A stretch of 64,000 bases of DNA from Callorhinchus milii (lineage: Eukaryota), in NCBI RefSeq assembly GCF_018977255.1, contig NW_024704742.1:8186001-8250000 (forward strand), written 5' to 3'. Within the stretch, counting starts at the first letter, position 1; the number at the start of each line of letters is the position of its first letter. Shown piece after piece: positions 51,965 through 64,000 of this stretch. The notes beneath the pieces were generated by a model. The model worked only from the letters and a program-made list of their open reading frames with translations. It was not told the DNA's origin and did no database searches. The position numbers and the translations under genes are program-made.

Positions 51965-52617
51965 CTGTCACACACACACGTCAGTGCCCCCCCCACACAC
52001 ACACACACGTCAGCGCCCCCCCACGCACACACGTCAGTGCCCCCCTCCCACCACGCACACGTCAGTGCCCCCCCCACACACACACGTCAGTGCACCCCCC
52101 ACCACACACACACGTCACTCCCCCCCCACACACATACACACATCAGTCCCCCCCTCCCACACACACACACGTCAGTCCCCCCACCACACACACGTCAATG
52201 GCCCCACACACACACACACACGCCAGTACCCACCCCAACACACATACGTCAGTGCCCACCCCCCCCACACACACGTCAATTCCCCCTGCCCCACCCATGC
52301 ACACGTCAGTGCTTCCCCCCCACACACACACACACACACGCACACACAGTGAGCCCACACACACTGGGCACACACAGACTCAGTGAGCACACACACAGGG
52401 AATGCATACTGGTCACACACACACTGAGCACACGTACACCGTGCGCATATACTGGGCACAAACACACACACACACACAGTGAGCACACACACACATACTG
52501 GTCACACACATACTGACCACACGTACACCATGCGCACATACTGGGCACACACACACACACACACACACAGTGAGCACACACACACACACACAGGACACAC
52601 ACACACTGGACACTGAC

Positions 52618-52813
52618 CTGGCTGTGAGGGGCACAAGGAGACGACCTTCATGCTGGCACTTATGTGCTGGAGGCTGTCGAGGAGTTGGCTGGTCTTCCTC
52701 CTCAGAGCCCCCAGGCCGGGGTCCTGCCCCCCCCCCTCGCCCTCGCCGCGCATACTCAGCCTCGGGACCACCAGGGGAGGCAGCGCCTCCAGCTCCGCTC
52801 GCATCCCAGCAGC
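52618..52813 (-). CDS. DCTN1: Dynactin subunit 1 (p150Glued), fourth-last coding exon (AAGMRAELEALPPLVVPRLS...GALRRKTSQLLDSLQHISASMKVVSLCPSQP)
   Basis: 196 nt, acag| to G|gtcagt; resembles the recalled DCTN1 segment LASLPPLHV...GALYRKTSQLLETL. Confidence 0.9.
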
Positions 52814-52914
52814 CTGTCAGGGGGCAACGGGGGGGTTACCGGGTACAGTCTGTACCATAAACCACCAAAACACCCCCGACACTCCCCCTCACCCCCAACA
52901 CACCCTCAAACTGT

Positions 52915-53724
52915 GACTCACCTTCAGGGTGTGTGTGTGTGTGTGTGTGTGTGACACTCACCCTCAGGCTGTGATTGTGTGTATGTGTGACACACCCTCA
53001 GGTTGTGTGCGTGGTTGTGTGTGTGTGATTCACCCTCAGGTTGCGGTTGTGTTTGTGTGTGTGAATCTGTGTGTGGTTGTGTATTTGTGTGGTTGTGTGT
53101 GTGAGACACTCACCCTCAGGCTGTGATTGTGTGTGTGTGGTTGTGTGACACACTCACCCTCAGGCTGTGATTGTGTGTGTGTGGTTGTGTGACACACTCA
53201 CCCTCAGGCTGTGGTTGTGAGTGTGTGTGTGTGTGAGACATCCTCACCCTCAGGCTGTGGTTGTGAGTGTGTGTGTGTGTGTGTGACACACTCACCCTCA
53301 GGCTGTGGTTGTGAGTGTGTGTGTGTGTGTTGTGTGTGTGTGTGTGTGTGACACACTCACCCTCAGGCTGTGGTTGTGAGTGTGTGTGTGTGTGAGACAT
53401 CCTCACCCTCAGGCTGTGGTTGTGAGTGTGTGTGTGTGTGTGTGTGTGTGACACACTCACCCTCAGGCTGTGGTTGTGAGTGGTGTGTGTGTGTGTGTGA
53501 CACACTCACCCTCAGGCTGTGGTTGTGAGTGTGTGTGTGTGTGTGTGTGACACACTCACCCTCAGGCTGTGGTTGTGAGTGTGTGTGTGTGTGACACACT
53601 CACCCTCAGGCTGTGGTTGTGAGTGTGTGTGTGTGTGAGACACCCTCACCCTCAGGCTGTGGTTGTGAGTGTGTGTGTGTGTGTGTGTGTGTGACACACT
53701 CACCCTCAGGCTGTGGTTGTGTGG

Positions 53725-53762
<38 letters not shown>

Positions 53763-54122
53763 CACACTCACACTCAGGCTGTGGTTGTGTGGTTGTGTGT
53801 GTGTTTGTGTGTGACACACTCACCCTCAGGCTGTGGTTGTGAGTGTGTGTGTGACACACTCACCCTCAGGCTGTGGTTGTATGTGTGTGTGTGTGTGACA
53901 CACTCACCCTCAGGCTGTGGTTGTGAGTGTGTGTGTGTGTGTGTGACACACTCACCCTCAGGCTGTGGTTGTGAGTGTGTGTGTGTGTGACACACTCACC
54001 CTCAGGCTGTGGTTGTGAGTGTGTGTGTGTGTGACACACTCACCCTCAGGCTGTGGTTGTGAGTGTGTGTGTGTGACACCCTCACCCTCAGGCTGTGGTT
54101 GTGAGTGTGTGTGTGTGTGTGG
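52915..54122 (-). repeat. About 25-copy, ~45-bp minisatellite CACAACCACAGCCTGAGGGTGAGTGTGT(CA)nCT
   Basis: About 25 CTCACCCTCAGGCT cores counted, with variable (CA)n spacers. Confidence 0.95.
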
Positions 54123-54260
54123 TGTAGGCAATTCAGGTACGGAGGGGTGGGGTGCAGGGAGGGGTGGGGTACAAGGAGAGTGGAGGGAACGGAGGGGGTG
54201 GGATGCATGGAGGGGTGGAGGGTAGGATTGTGGCCGAAGGCGCAGTCGAGGAGGTTCTTG

Positions 54261-56950
54261 AATCATAGAATTGTACAACACAGAAGGAGGCCTTTCGGCC
54301 CATTGTGTCTGTGTTGGATCATTGAAAAGAGATTCCAGTTCAACCCCACTCTCCCCAAACTTGTTCTTCCAAAATAATTATCTACTTCTCTCTTAAAAGT
54401 TGTTATCAAATCAGCTTCCACCAGCCTTTTAGGCAATGCCTTTCAGATCTGAACAACTCGCTGTATGTAAAAAAAATTCCTCCTCACCTCCCCTCTGTAT
54501 CTTTTAATGACTATTTTAAATCGGTGTCCTCAGGTTACCGACCCACCCGCCAGTGGAAATAGTTTCTCCTTGTTCACCCTTTCGAATCCCCTCATCATTT
54601 TGAAAACTTCTATTAAGTCTCCTCTTAACCTTCTCTACCCCAAAGAGAATAATCCCGGCTTCTCTATCCTCTCCTGATACCTGAAGTCCCTTATTCCTGA
54701 TACCTGAAGTCCCTCATTCCTGGTACCTTCCTGGTCAATCTCTTTTGAACCCTTTCCAATGCCTTGACATCCTTCCTAAAGTGTGGGGCCCAGAACTGAA
54801 CACAGTCTTGAGCTGAGCCCTAACCAGTGTTTTACAAAGGTTCACCATAACTTCCTGACTTGTGTATTCTATGCCCCTATTTATAAAGCCCAGTATCCCG
54901 GTATGCTTTATTACAGCTTTATCTACCTGTCCTGCCACCTGCAAAGATTTGCTTATATGAACCCCAGGTCTCTCTGTTCCTTCACCCCCTTTAAGATTGT
55001 ACCATCAGCTTATATTGCCTCTCCTCATTCTTCCTCCCCAAATGCATCACTTTACATTTCTCCACATTAAACTTCATCTGCCACGTGTCTGCCCATGTTA
55101 CCAGTCAGTCTATGTCCTCTTGCAGTCTGCTACTATCCTCCTCACTGTTTACTACTTTTTTTAACTTAGTGTCATCTGTAAACTTGGAAATTGTACTCCC
55201 TATACCCAAGTCCAGGTCATTTATATAGATCAAAAACAGCAGTGGTCCCAATACTGACCGCTGGGGGACACCACTGTACACTTCCCTCCAGTCAGAAAAA
55301 CAACCGTTCACCACCACTCTCTGCTTTCTGTCTCCCAGCCAGTTCTGTATCCGCTGCCACTGTCCACTTAATACCGTGGGCTTCTATTTGCTTACAAGTC
55401 TCTTATGTGGTACTTTATCAAACTCATTTTGAAAATCCATTTAAAGTACATCAACTGCATTACCTTCATCCACCCTCTCTGATACTTCATCAAGAAACTC
55501 TTATCAGCTTTGTTAGACATGATTTGCCTTTAACAAATCCGCGTTGACTGTCCTTTATTAACCCATATTTTTCAAAGTGAAAATGTATTTTGTCCAGGAT
55601 TATAGTCTTTAGAAGTTTCCCCACTACTGACATTAGGCTGACTGGCCTGCAGTTCCCAGGGTTATCTGTCTGCCCCTTTTTGTACAGAAGAGTAACATTT
55701 GCAACCCTCGAGTCCTCTGGCACCACTCTGGTGGCCAAAAAGGATTGAAAGATTGTGGCCAGAGCCTCTGTTATTTCCACCCTGACTTCCCTCTGTGTCC
55801 TGGGATGCATCCCGTCCGGATCGGGTGACTTATCTACCTGAGCACTTTCAACCTTTTTTAATACCTCCTCGTTTTTTTGTGTGTGAAGTAACGGAGAGGG
55901 TGGATGAAGGTGGTGCAGTTGATGTAGTATATATGGATTTTCAAAAGGCGTTTTTCCTTCCCTATCCCTCCTGAATACATTGTAGCCAGGAATATTCAGC
56001 TCCCATTCCTGCCCTTGTTTGAGCCAGGTCTCCTTTATTGCCATTACATCATAGCTTGAGCCTGCAGCTCACCAACCTTATTTCTCACACTGTGTGAATT
56101 TACACACATGCACTCCAAGACCGACTTAGTCTGTTATGCGTTTCTCCCCGGTCTAATCCCTCCTTTTTTCTGGACTACTCCTTATCCTATTCATCTGTCC
56201 CAGCCCTCCATGCAACTTGTTTGTCCTCTCTTACTGCTACATACTGATTCACTTCCTCCCTCAAAATTGTTAACCTACCTGCGAGGACATTGGTCCCAGC
56301 CCTGTTCATGTGTAACCCATGCACCTTGTACAGCTCCCACCTGCCCCGGAACTGGTCCCAATGTTCCAGGAACCTGAAGCCCTCCTTTTCTGCACCGTTT
56401 TTCCAGCCATGCATTCATGTGGTTGATCCTGCTGTTTTGATACTCACTTGCACGAGACACTGGGATTAATCCAGAGATCACTACCTTTGAGGTCCTTCTC
56501 TTTAGCTTTCTTCCTAGCTTCTGATACTTTCCCTGTAGGATCTCAGCCCTTTTTTTCTCTATGTCATGGACACGACTTCTGGATGTTCCCTTCCCCCTAT
56601 AGAACGTTTTGCACCCATTGCGTGATGTCTTCAACCCTGACACCAGGAAGGCAACAACAGCGAGAGTCATGTCTTTGGTTGTAGAAATGCCTGTTTACTT
56701 TTTTCACCATTGTGTTCCCAATGACAATTGCATTGACACTCTTCCCTGTGTCCCCCTGTGCATCCATTTGCTTTTGACTCCCCAAAGGTGTCATCACCCT
56801 CACCAGCATTCAGTACAGAGAACCAGTTTGTAGTGCCACACTCTCAGGGAATTCAACACTGTCCGTCCCCTCATCCTTCCATGCCGGGTGGTCACCCACT
56901 CACTCTCCTCATGAACCTTCTGTGCTGTGGGGTGACCACCTCCTGAAACA
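54261..56950 (-). mobile_element. CR1 LINE, near full span with internal deletions
   Basis: ORF1 CCLPGVRVEDIT and KVVISGL; endonuclease AIKETWL; RT SGVPQRSVLGPLLFLIYINDLD and KFTDDTKL; 3' end ...TTCTATGATT at 54261. Confidence 0.9.
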
Positions 56951-57439
56951 CCTCCTCACCGAGCCAGTCCAGAAACTTGGCATCTTGTTTGTCCCTCAAT
57001 TATCTTTTCTCCCCCACATCCGTGCCATGACCCGCTTTGCCTTCCCCCAACGCTGCAACATTGTCCAGCTTCACTGACTCCCCATCCCCCAGAGGATAGA
57101 GTTTAAAATTCACGTCCTCGCCTTCAAAGCCTTCTACGGCCTTGTCCCTTCCTACCTCTGACCTGTTAGCCACATATCAACCTGTCCGCTCCCTTCGCTC
57201 ACGTCCCCTGCCTTGTCTGTTCCACCATCGGGCCTTCAGTCTCTCTACCCCCACTCTTTGGAACTCCATTTCACATTCCCTTTGCCTCGCTCCCTCCCTT
57301 GCCTCCTTCAAGGCACGTCTCAGGACATCTCTTCAACCACGCCTTTGGCCAACCTCCTACCCCCACCCTCCCTGGTCTCCACCCCTCCTGATCCCAACCC
57401 CCCAGCTCAAGTCCAAATCCTTGACAGTCCAGCACAGTC

Positions 57440-57638
57440 GTGGGTTGAGTGACCAAATTTTTTTTTTAAGGGATTAATACCCTGAAAACCAATCCGACAA
57501 CCGACTAACAACCGGGTTCCAACATAACGAGTATAGCGTGTGGAATAAGGAAACGTGCCTAAGGTTTCACCCTGCCGGGAATAGAACCCGGTCCTCTCGC
57601 TTGCGAGGCGAGTGTTCTAACCACTGAGCTATAGGACT
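57440..57638 (-). mobile_element. DeuSINE 5' half
   Basis: Reverse complement of the A/B-box head (...CCACTGAGCTATAGGACTC). Confidence 0.75.
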
Positions 57639-58654
57639 CTTCTTCCTTAGGTATCAGATGGGAAGGGCAGCTTTAGTATCTTGCTTTTGAGCCTGAGGGC
57701 AGTGTACTTCCTCCCATAATAACACTGATGTTAATATAGCGCCTTTCATGTCAGGAGGACATCTCAAAGTACATGACGCGATCATTCACTTCCACTGTCA
57801 CAAGATCTCTACTTGTTTCCTGAACTTGCCCTAAGTGACAGGGCTTTGTGATATCTTCCCGATGTAAAGGGTGTTGTGTAAATATAATTTGTTGCTGTCA
57901 TCCCCAGGTTTTTTACCCAGCGTTTCCAACTGCAGTAACATCACACAGAGATGGGGATGACAGCACAAGGCCCACCTCGGAGATTTCCTACTCTTTTGGG
58001 CTCAGCTTAATGTACGGAGAGGATTCTTCTACATGTGTACAAACAGATGCAACTTTAGAAATTAAGGAAGTCATTACTGTTTTATCTCTCCCCATTTTCA
58101 ATCCACGACTGTTTGTGGGACACTGCTGTGTGCGATTGGCTGTCGAGCTTCGCTCACAAAATACAGTCACTACAGTATACATTATATTCGGTGAAGTGCT
58201 TTGACACGTCTCAACGACTTGATAAAGCGCTATATCAAATGGAAGGATTATTATTATAGTGTTATCTCCTATTTTTACACAAGACACGAACAGGCCGTCA
58301 CACAGCTAATTTGCTGTGGTTCTGGTAACAAGTCTGAGCCTTTGATAAGGGGACAGTGCGAGGGAAGCCAGGTTACCCCAACCCAGCACTACCAGCTGAG
58401 ACTTAACATACTTATTGTTAGTGTCACGGTGGGGGTGGGGGGGGATAGTCGATCTCACTGTTCTTCCTCTTCCCTCTCAGTGACTGGTACAGAATAGAAT
58501 ATGGAGTAACTTGTCTTCACTGAGCTCATCTGTTAGAGAGATCACAATGGCTGACAGTGTTATTATCTATCTCATTGGAATAAATTATTTCCATATGATC
58601 TTGAAGGCTTGGGTTTACAGATATGGTTTGTGGAATCTTCCTGTTAACTTCAAC

Positions 58655-59205
58655 ACTTCACACCTTCATTACTTCGAGACTTGACTATGCAAACTCACTG
58701 CTTGTCGGCTCCCCATCTCCTCCCTCCACAGCCCTACAGATCATCCAGAGCTCTGCAGCCCGTGTCCTCTCCCGCACCAGACTCCGGGACCCTATAACCC
58801 CCCATCCTCACCCGACTCCACCGGCTTCCCATCACACAGAGGATACAGTTCAAGATCCTGGTCCTCACCTTCAAAGCCTCCATGATCTTGCTCCCCCCCC
58901 CCCCCCAACCTCTGCGACCCCTACCATCCTGCTCGCTCCCTCCGCTCAGCGGGTCTGGTCTGCTTCACATCCCCCGCCTCACTCGCCCACTATCGGCACT
59001 CTGCCCCCACCCTCTGGAGCTCCATCCCGCAGTCCCTCCATCTCACCCCCTTCCCCGGCACCTTCAAGACCCTCCTCTGCGACTGTGCTTTCGATCTCCC
59101 CCCTCCCCCACCCCGACCCTCAGCTCGGGTCTGAAGCTCTGTCTGTCCAACACCGTGGGACGTCCTCACAACATGAAAGGCGCTTTACACCTGTAATTGT
59201 GTTGT
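58655..59205 (+). mobile_element. L2-clade LINE 3' fragment
   Basis: FITSRLDYANSLLVG, LQIIQSSAARVL; very similar to the fragment at 42440-42715. Confidence 0.82.
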
Positions 59206-59259
59206 TTCACTGTCTCTCTGTCTCTGACCCTCTCTGTCGCTCACTGTGTCTCAGTGACA

Positions 59260-60235
59260 GACTGTGACACAGAAAGTGACACAGACACATGTCCACAGAC
59301 ACTGATATAGTGATAGACACAGTGACACACTGATGCAGTGACACAGACACACACAGTGACACAGAAAGTGAAAGACAGTGACATGGACACACACTCAGTG
59401 ACACACACACTGACACAGAGACACATACAGACACTGATGCAGTGACAAACAGTGAAATAGACACAGTGATAGACATTGACACAGAGACAGGGACACAGAC
59501 AGTGACAGACATAGAGTCAGTGACTCAGAGACAGACACTGATGCAGTGACACAGACACAGTAAGATAGATAGACACAGTGACAGAGTGACACAGACACAG
59601 TGTCACAGACAGAGACGGGTGACAGACAATACAGACAGTGACACAGACACAAAGAAAGTGACACAGGCAGTGAAACCGACAGTGACACCGACAGTGACAC
59701 CGACAGTGACACCGACAGTGACACCGACATGGTAACAGACAATAACAGAGAAAATTACACAGACAGTGACAGTAACACAGACAGTGACACAGACAGTAAC
59801 ACAGAGACAGTGACACAGACAGTGACAGTAACACAGACAGTGACACAGAGACAGTGACACAGACAGTGACAGTAACACAGACAGTGACACAGACAGTCAC
59901 AGTAACACAGTGACACAGAGACAGTGACACAGACAGTAACAGAGACAGTGACACAGACAGTGACACAGTGACACAGACAGTGACAGTAACAGACAGTGAC
60001 ACAGACACAGTGACACAGACAGTGACTGACACAGAGACAGTGACACAGTGACACAGACAGTGACACAGAGACAGTGACACAGTGACACAGAGACAGTGAC
60101 ACAGTGACACAGACAGTAACAGAGACAGTGACACAGACAGTGACAGTGACACACAGTGACACAGAGACAGTGACACAGTGACACAGAGACAGTGACACAC
60201 ACAGTGACACAGACAGTGACACAGACAGTGACACG
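59260..60235. repeat. ACAGTGACACAG-type satellite
   Basis: Visible tandem units. Confidence 0.92.
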
Positions 60236-60316
60236 GGGGCAGTGGGGGGGGGGGGGAGGGGCTCACGCGCGGTTTCACCGCGTAATTAATGTCCGCGCGA
60301 CCTGACCGTTACTGAC

Positions 60317-63300
60317 AGAGTGTGAGAGTGTGAGAGAGAGAGTGAGAGAGTGTGTGAGAGAGAGTGAGAGAGTGTGTAGAGAGAGTGAGAGAGAGTGTGA
60401 GAGAGAGAAAGAGAGAGAGTGTGTGAGAGAGAGTGAGAGAGAGTGAGAGAGAGAGAGTGAGAGAGTGTGTGAGAGAGTGTGAGAGAGAGAGAGTGTGTGA
60501 GAGAGAGTGAGAGAGAGGTGTGAGAGAGATGAGAGAGTGTGTGAGAGAGAGTGAGAGAGAGTGTGAGAGAGAGAGTGTGTGAGAGAGAGTGAGAGAGAGT
60601 GTGAGAGAGAAAGTGTGAGAGTGTGTGAGAGAGAGAGTGTGTGTGTGAGTGAGAGTGAGAGTATGAGAGAGAAAGAGAGAGTGTGAGAGAGAGAGTGTGA
60701 GAGAGAGAGAGTGAGAGAGACAGAGAGAGAGTGTGTGAGAAAGAAGAGTGTGAGAGAGAAAGAGTGTGAGACAGTGTGTGAGAGTGTGTGAGAGAGAGTG
60801 TGAGAGAGTGTGTGTGAGAGTGTGAGAGAGCGAGTGTGTGAGAGGGAGAGTGTGAGAGAGTGTGTGAGAGAGAGAGAGTGAGAGAGTGTGTGAGGGAGAG
60901 TGTGTGAGAAAGAAGAGTGTGAGAGAGAAAGAGTGTGAGACAGTGTGTGAGAGTGTGTGATAGAGAGTGTGTGAGAGAGTGTGAGAGAGAGTGTGTGAGA
61001 GAGAGTGAGAGTGAGAGAGTGTGTGAGGGAGAGTGTGAGAGAGTGTGAGAGAGTGTGTGTGAGAGAGTGTGAGAGTCAGAGAGTGTGTGTGAGAGAGTGA
61101 GAGACAGAGAGAGAGTGAGAGTGTGAGAGAGAGAGTGTGTGAGAGAAAGAAGAGTGTGAGAGAGAGAGTGTGAGACAGTGTGTGTGACAGTGTGTGAGAG
61201 AGAGAGTGTGTGTGAGAGAGTGTGAGAGAGCGAGTGTGAGAGTGTGTGAGAGTGTGTGTGTGTGAGTGTGAGAGAGTGTGTGTGAGAGACTGTGTGTGAG
61301 TGTGATAGAGAGTGTGAGAGAGTGTGAGAGAGAGTGTGTGTGAGAGAGAGGGAGTGTGTGTGTGTATGGGAGAGAGTGTGTGTGAGAGAGAGTGTGAGAG
61401 AGTGTGTGTGAGAGAGAGTGTGAGAGAGAGTGTGTGAGAGAGAGTGAGAGTGTGTGAGAGAGTGAGAGAGTGTGTGAGGAGAGTGTGAGTGTGTGTGAGA
61501 GAGTGTGTGAGAGTGTGAGAGTGTGTGTGAGAGAGTGTGAGAGAGAGTGAGAGAGAGTCTGAGAGAGTGTGTGTGAGAGAGTGAGAGAGAGAGTGAGAGT
61601 CTGAGAGAGAGTGTGTGTGAGAGAGTGAGAGAGAGAGAGTGAGAGAGAGAGAGTGTGAGAGAGAGAGTGAGAGAGAGAGTGTGAGAGAGAGAGTGATAGA
61701 GAGAGTGTGTGAGAGAGGGAGAGAGAGAGAGAGAGAGAGAAGAGTGTGTGAGAGAGAGAGAGAGAGTGAGAGAGAGTGTGTGAGAGAGGGAGAGAGTGTG
61801 AGAGAGTGTGTGAGAGAAAGTGTGTGAGAGAGAGTGTGAGAGTGTGAGAGAGTGTGTGAGAGAGTGTGAGAGAGAGTGTGAGAGTGTGTGAGAGAGTGTG
61901 AGAGTGTGTGTGAGAGTGTGTGTGAGAGAGAGAGTGAGAGAGTCTGAGAGAGTGTGTGTGTGAGAGTGTGTGTGAGTGTGAGATAGACTCAGATTGTGAG
62001 TGTGAGAGTGTGTGTGTGAGTGTGTGTGAGTGTGTGAGAGAGTGTGTGTGTGAGAGTGTGAGAGTGTGAGAGAGAGTGTGTGAGAGAGTGAGAGAGAGTG
62101 TGTGAGAGAGAGAGTGTGAGAGAGTGTGTGTGAGAGTGAGAGAGTGTGAGAGTGAGAGAGTGTGAGAGAGTGTGTGAGAGTGTGTGAGAGAGTGTGTGTG
62201 AGAGAGAGTGTGAGAGTGTGAGAGTGTGTGTGAGAGAGTCTGAGAGAGTGTGTGTGAGAGAGAGTGTGTGTGAGTGTGAGAGTGTGAGAGAGTGTGTGAG
62301 AGAGTGAGAGAGTGTGTGTGAGAGAGAGTCTGAGAGAGTGTGTGAGAGAGAGAGTGTGTGTGAGTGTGAGAGTGTGTGAGAGAGTGAGAGAGTGTGTGTG
62401 AGAGAGTCTGAGAGAGTGTGAGAGAGTGTGTGTGAGAGTGTGTGTGAGTGTGAGAGAGAGAGTGTGTGTGAGAGAGTGTGTGAGAGAGTCAGAGAGTGTG
62501 GGAGAGAGTGTGTGTGTGAGTGTGAGAGAGAGTGTGTGTGTGAGAGAGTGTGTGAGAGAGTCAGAGAGTGTGGGAGAGTGTGTGTGTGAGTGAGAGAGTG
62601 TGTGAGAGAGAGTCTGAGAGAGTGTGTGAGAGAGTGTGTGAGAGAGTGTGAGAGAGAGTGTGTAAGAGAGTGTGTGTGAGAGAGAGAGAGAGAAAGAGTG
62701 TGTGTATGGGAGAGAGTGTGTGGGAGAGAGTGTGAGAGAGAGAGTGTGTGAGAGTGTGAGAGAGAGTGTGTGTGAGAGAGTGTGTGAGAGAGTCTGAGAG
62801 TGTGTGAGAGAGAGTGTGTGTGAGAGAGAGAGAGAGTGTGTGTGTAAGAGAGAGTGTGAGAGAGTGTGTGAGAGAGTGTGAGAGAGTGTGTGAGAGTGCG
62901 TGTGTGAGAGAGTGTGTGAGAGAGAGAGTGAGAGAGAGTGTGAGAGAGAGAGTGAGAGAGAGGGTTAAGGTTAGGGAATGGGTGGGTAGAGAGGGAGTGT
63001 GGGGGGAGAGAGGGAGTGTGAAGAGGAGAAAGGGAGAGAGGAAGAGTGAAGAGAGAGGGATTGTGGGGGGAGAGAGGGAGAGTGGGGGAGAGAGGGAGAG
63101 AGGGAGTGTGGGGGGAGAGAGGGAGAGTGGGGGAGAGAGGGAGAGTGAAGAGGAGAGAGGGAGTGTGGGGGGAGAGAGGGAGAGTGAAGAGGAGAGAGGG
63201 AGTGTGGGGGGGAGAGAGGGAGAGTGGGGGAGAGAGGGAGAGTGAAGAGGAGAGAGGGAGTGTGGGGGGAGAGGGAGAGTGGGGGAGAGAGGGAGAGTGA

Positions 63301-63342
63301 AGAGGAGAGAGGGAGTGTGGGGGGAGAGAGGGAGAGTGGGGG
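60317..63342. repeat. 3-kb (GA)n/(GT)n low-complexity tract ending in a purine-rich GGGAGAG minisatellite
   Basis: Almost no C on the + strand; ends at the assembly gap. Confidence 0.95.
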
Positions 63343-63367
63343 NNNNNNNNNNNNNNNNNNNNNNNNN
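63343..63367. other. Assembly gap (25 N)
   Basis: Run of N. Confidence 0.99.
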
Positions 63368-64000
63368 CACAGCCTGAGGGTGAGTGTGTCACACACACAC
63401 ACACTCACAACCACAGCCTGAGGGTGAGTGTGTCACACACACACACTCACAACCACAGCCTGAGGGTGAGTGTGTCACACACACACACTCACAACCACAG
63501 CCTGAGGGTGAGTGTGTCACACACACACACACTCACAACCACAGCCTGAGGGTGAGTGTGTCACACACACACACACACACTCACAACCACAGCCTGAGGG
63601 TGAGTGTGTCACACACACACTCACTCACAACCACAGCCTGAGGGTGAGTGTGTCACACACACACACACTCACAACCACAGCCTGAGGGTGAGTGTGTCAC
63701 ACACACACACACACACAACCACAGCCTGAGGGTGAGTGTGACACACACACACTCACAACCACAGCCTGAGGGTGAGTGTGTCACACACACACTCACTCAC
63801 AACCACAGCCTGAGGGTGAGTGTGTCACACACACACTCACTCACAACCACAGCCTGAGGGTGAGTGTGTCACACACACACTCACTCACAACCACAGCCTG
63901 AGGGTGAGTGTGTCACACACACACACTCACTCACAACCACAGCCTGAGGGTGAGTGTGTCACACACACACACACATACACACAACCACAGCCTGAGGGTG
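63368..64000 (+). repeat. Second array of the same ~45-bp minisatellite, inverted relative to 52915-54122, about 15 copies to the window edge
   Basis: CACAACCACAGCCTGAGGGTGAGTGTGTCACAC units on the + strand. Confidence 0.95.

Noticed and set aside
52915..54122. CRISPR-like appearance (constant repeat with variable spacers)
   Set aside because: Spacers are only (CA)n length variants, there are no cas genes, and the context is a vertebrate intron.
59207..63414. Cys/His- or Ser/Leu/His-rich long ORFs
   Set aside because: Low-complexity tracts; some ORFs run through the N gap.

Overview
Eukaryotic (vertebrate) genomic DNA, most likely from a cartilaginous fish; this is inferred from the Deu-domain tRNA-SINEs and the esterase-type CR1/L2 LINE load. 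Three spliced protein-coding genes lie on the minus strand. (1) The 5' part of GAK (cyclin-G-associated kinase): coding exons 1-5 at 18993->3853, continuing off the left edge. (2) A complete galectin-3-binding-protein-like gene (LGALS3BP; signal peptide-SRCR-BTB-BACK), about 601 aa, at 43354->36957. (3) The last four coding exons and poly(A) signal of dynactin subunit 1 (DCTN1) at 52813->50276. The rest is dense in tRNA-derived DeuSINEs, CR1 and L2 LINE fragments, one decayed Tx1-type LINE, Helitron pieces, and long micro/minisatellites; nearly all long ORFs in the track are repeat artefacts. Most unusual observations: (a) several minisatellites are built from the splice signals of the exon they flank, the clearest being a ~25-copy array of an apparent DCTN1 exon end plus GTGAGT donor, with an inverted second array behind an assembly gap; (b) the LGALS3BP-like gene has a second, paralogous start of its terminal exon only 79 nt after the preceding exon, cut off by a SINE that supplies an in-frame stop; (c) a Helitron PIF1-helicase fragment lies next to a Helitron-type 3' end. 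All family assignments come from recognised motifs; no database search was run.
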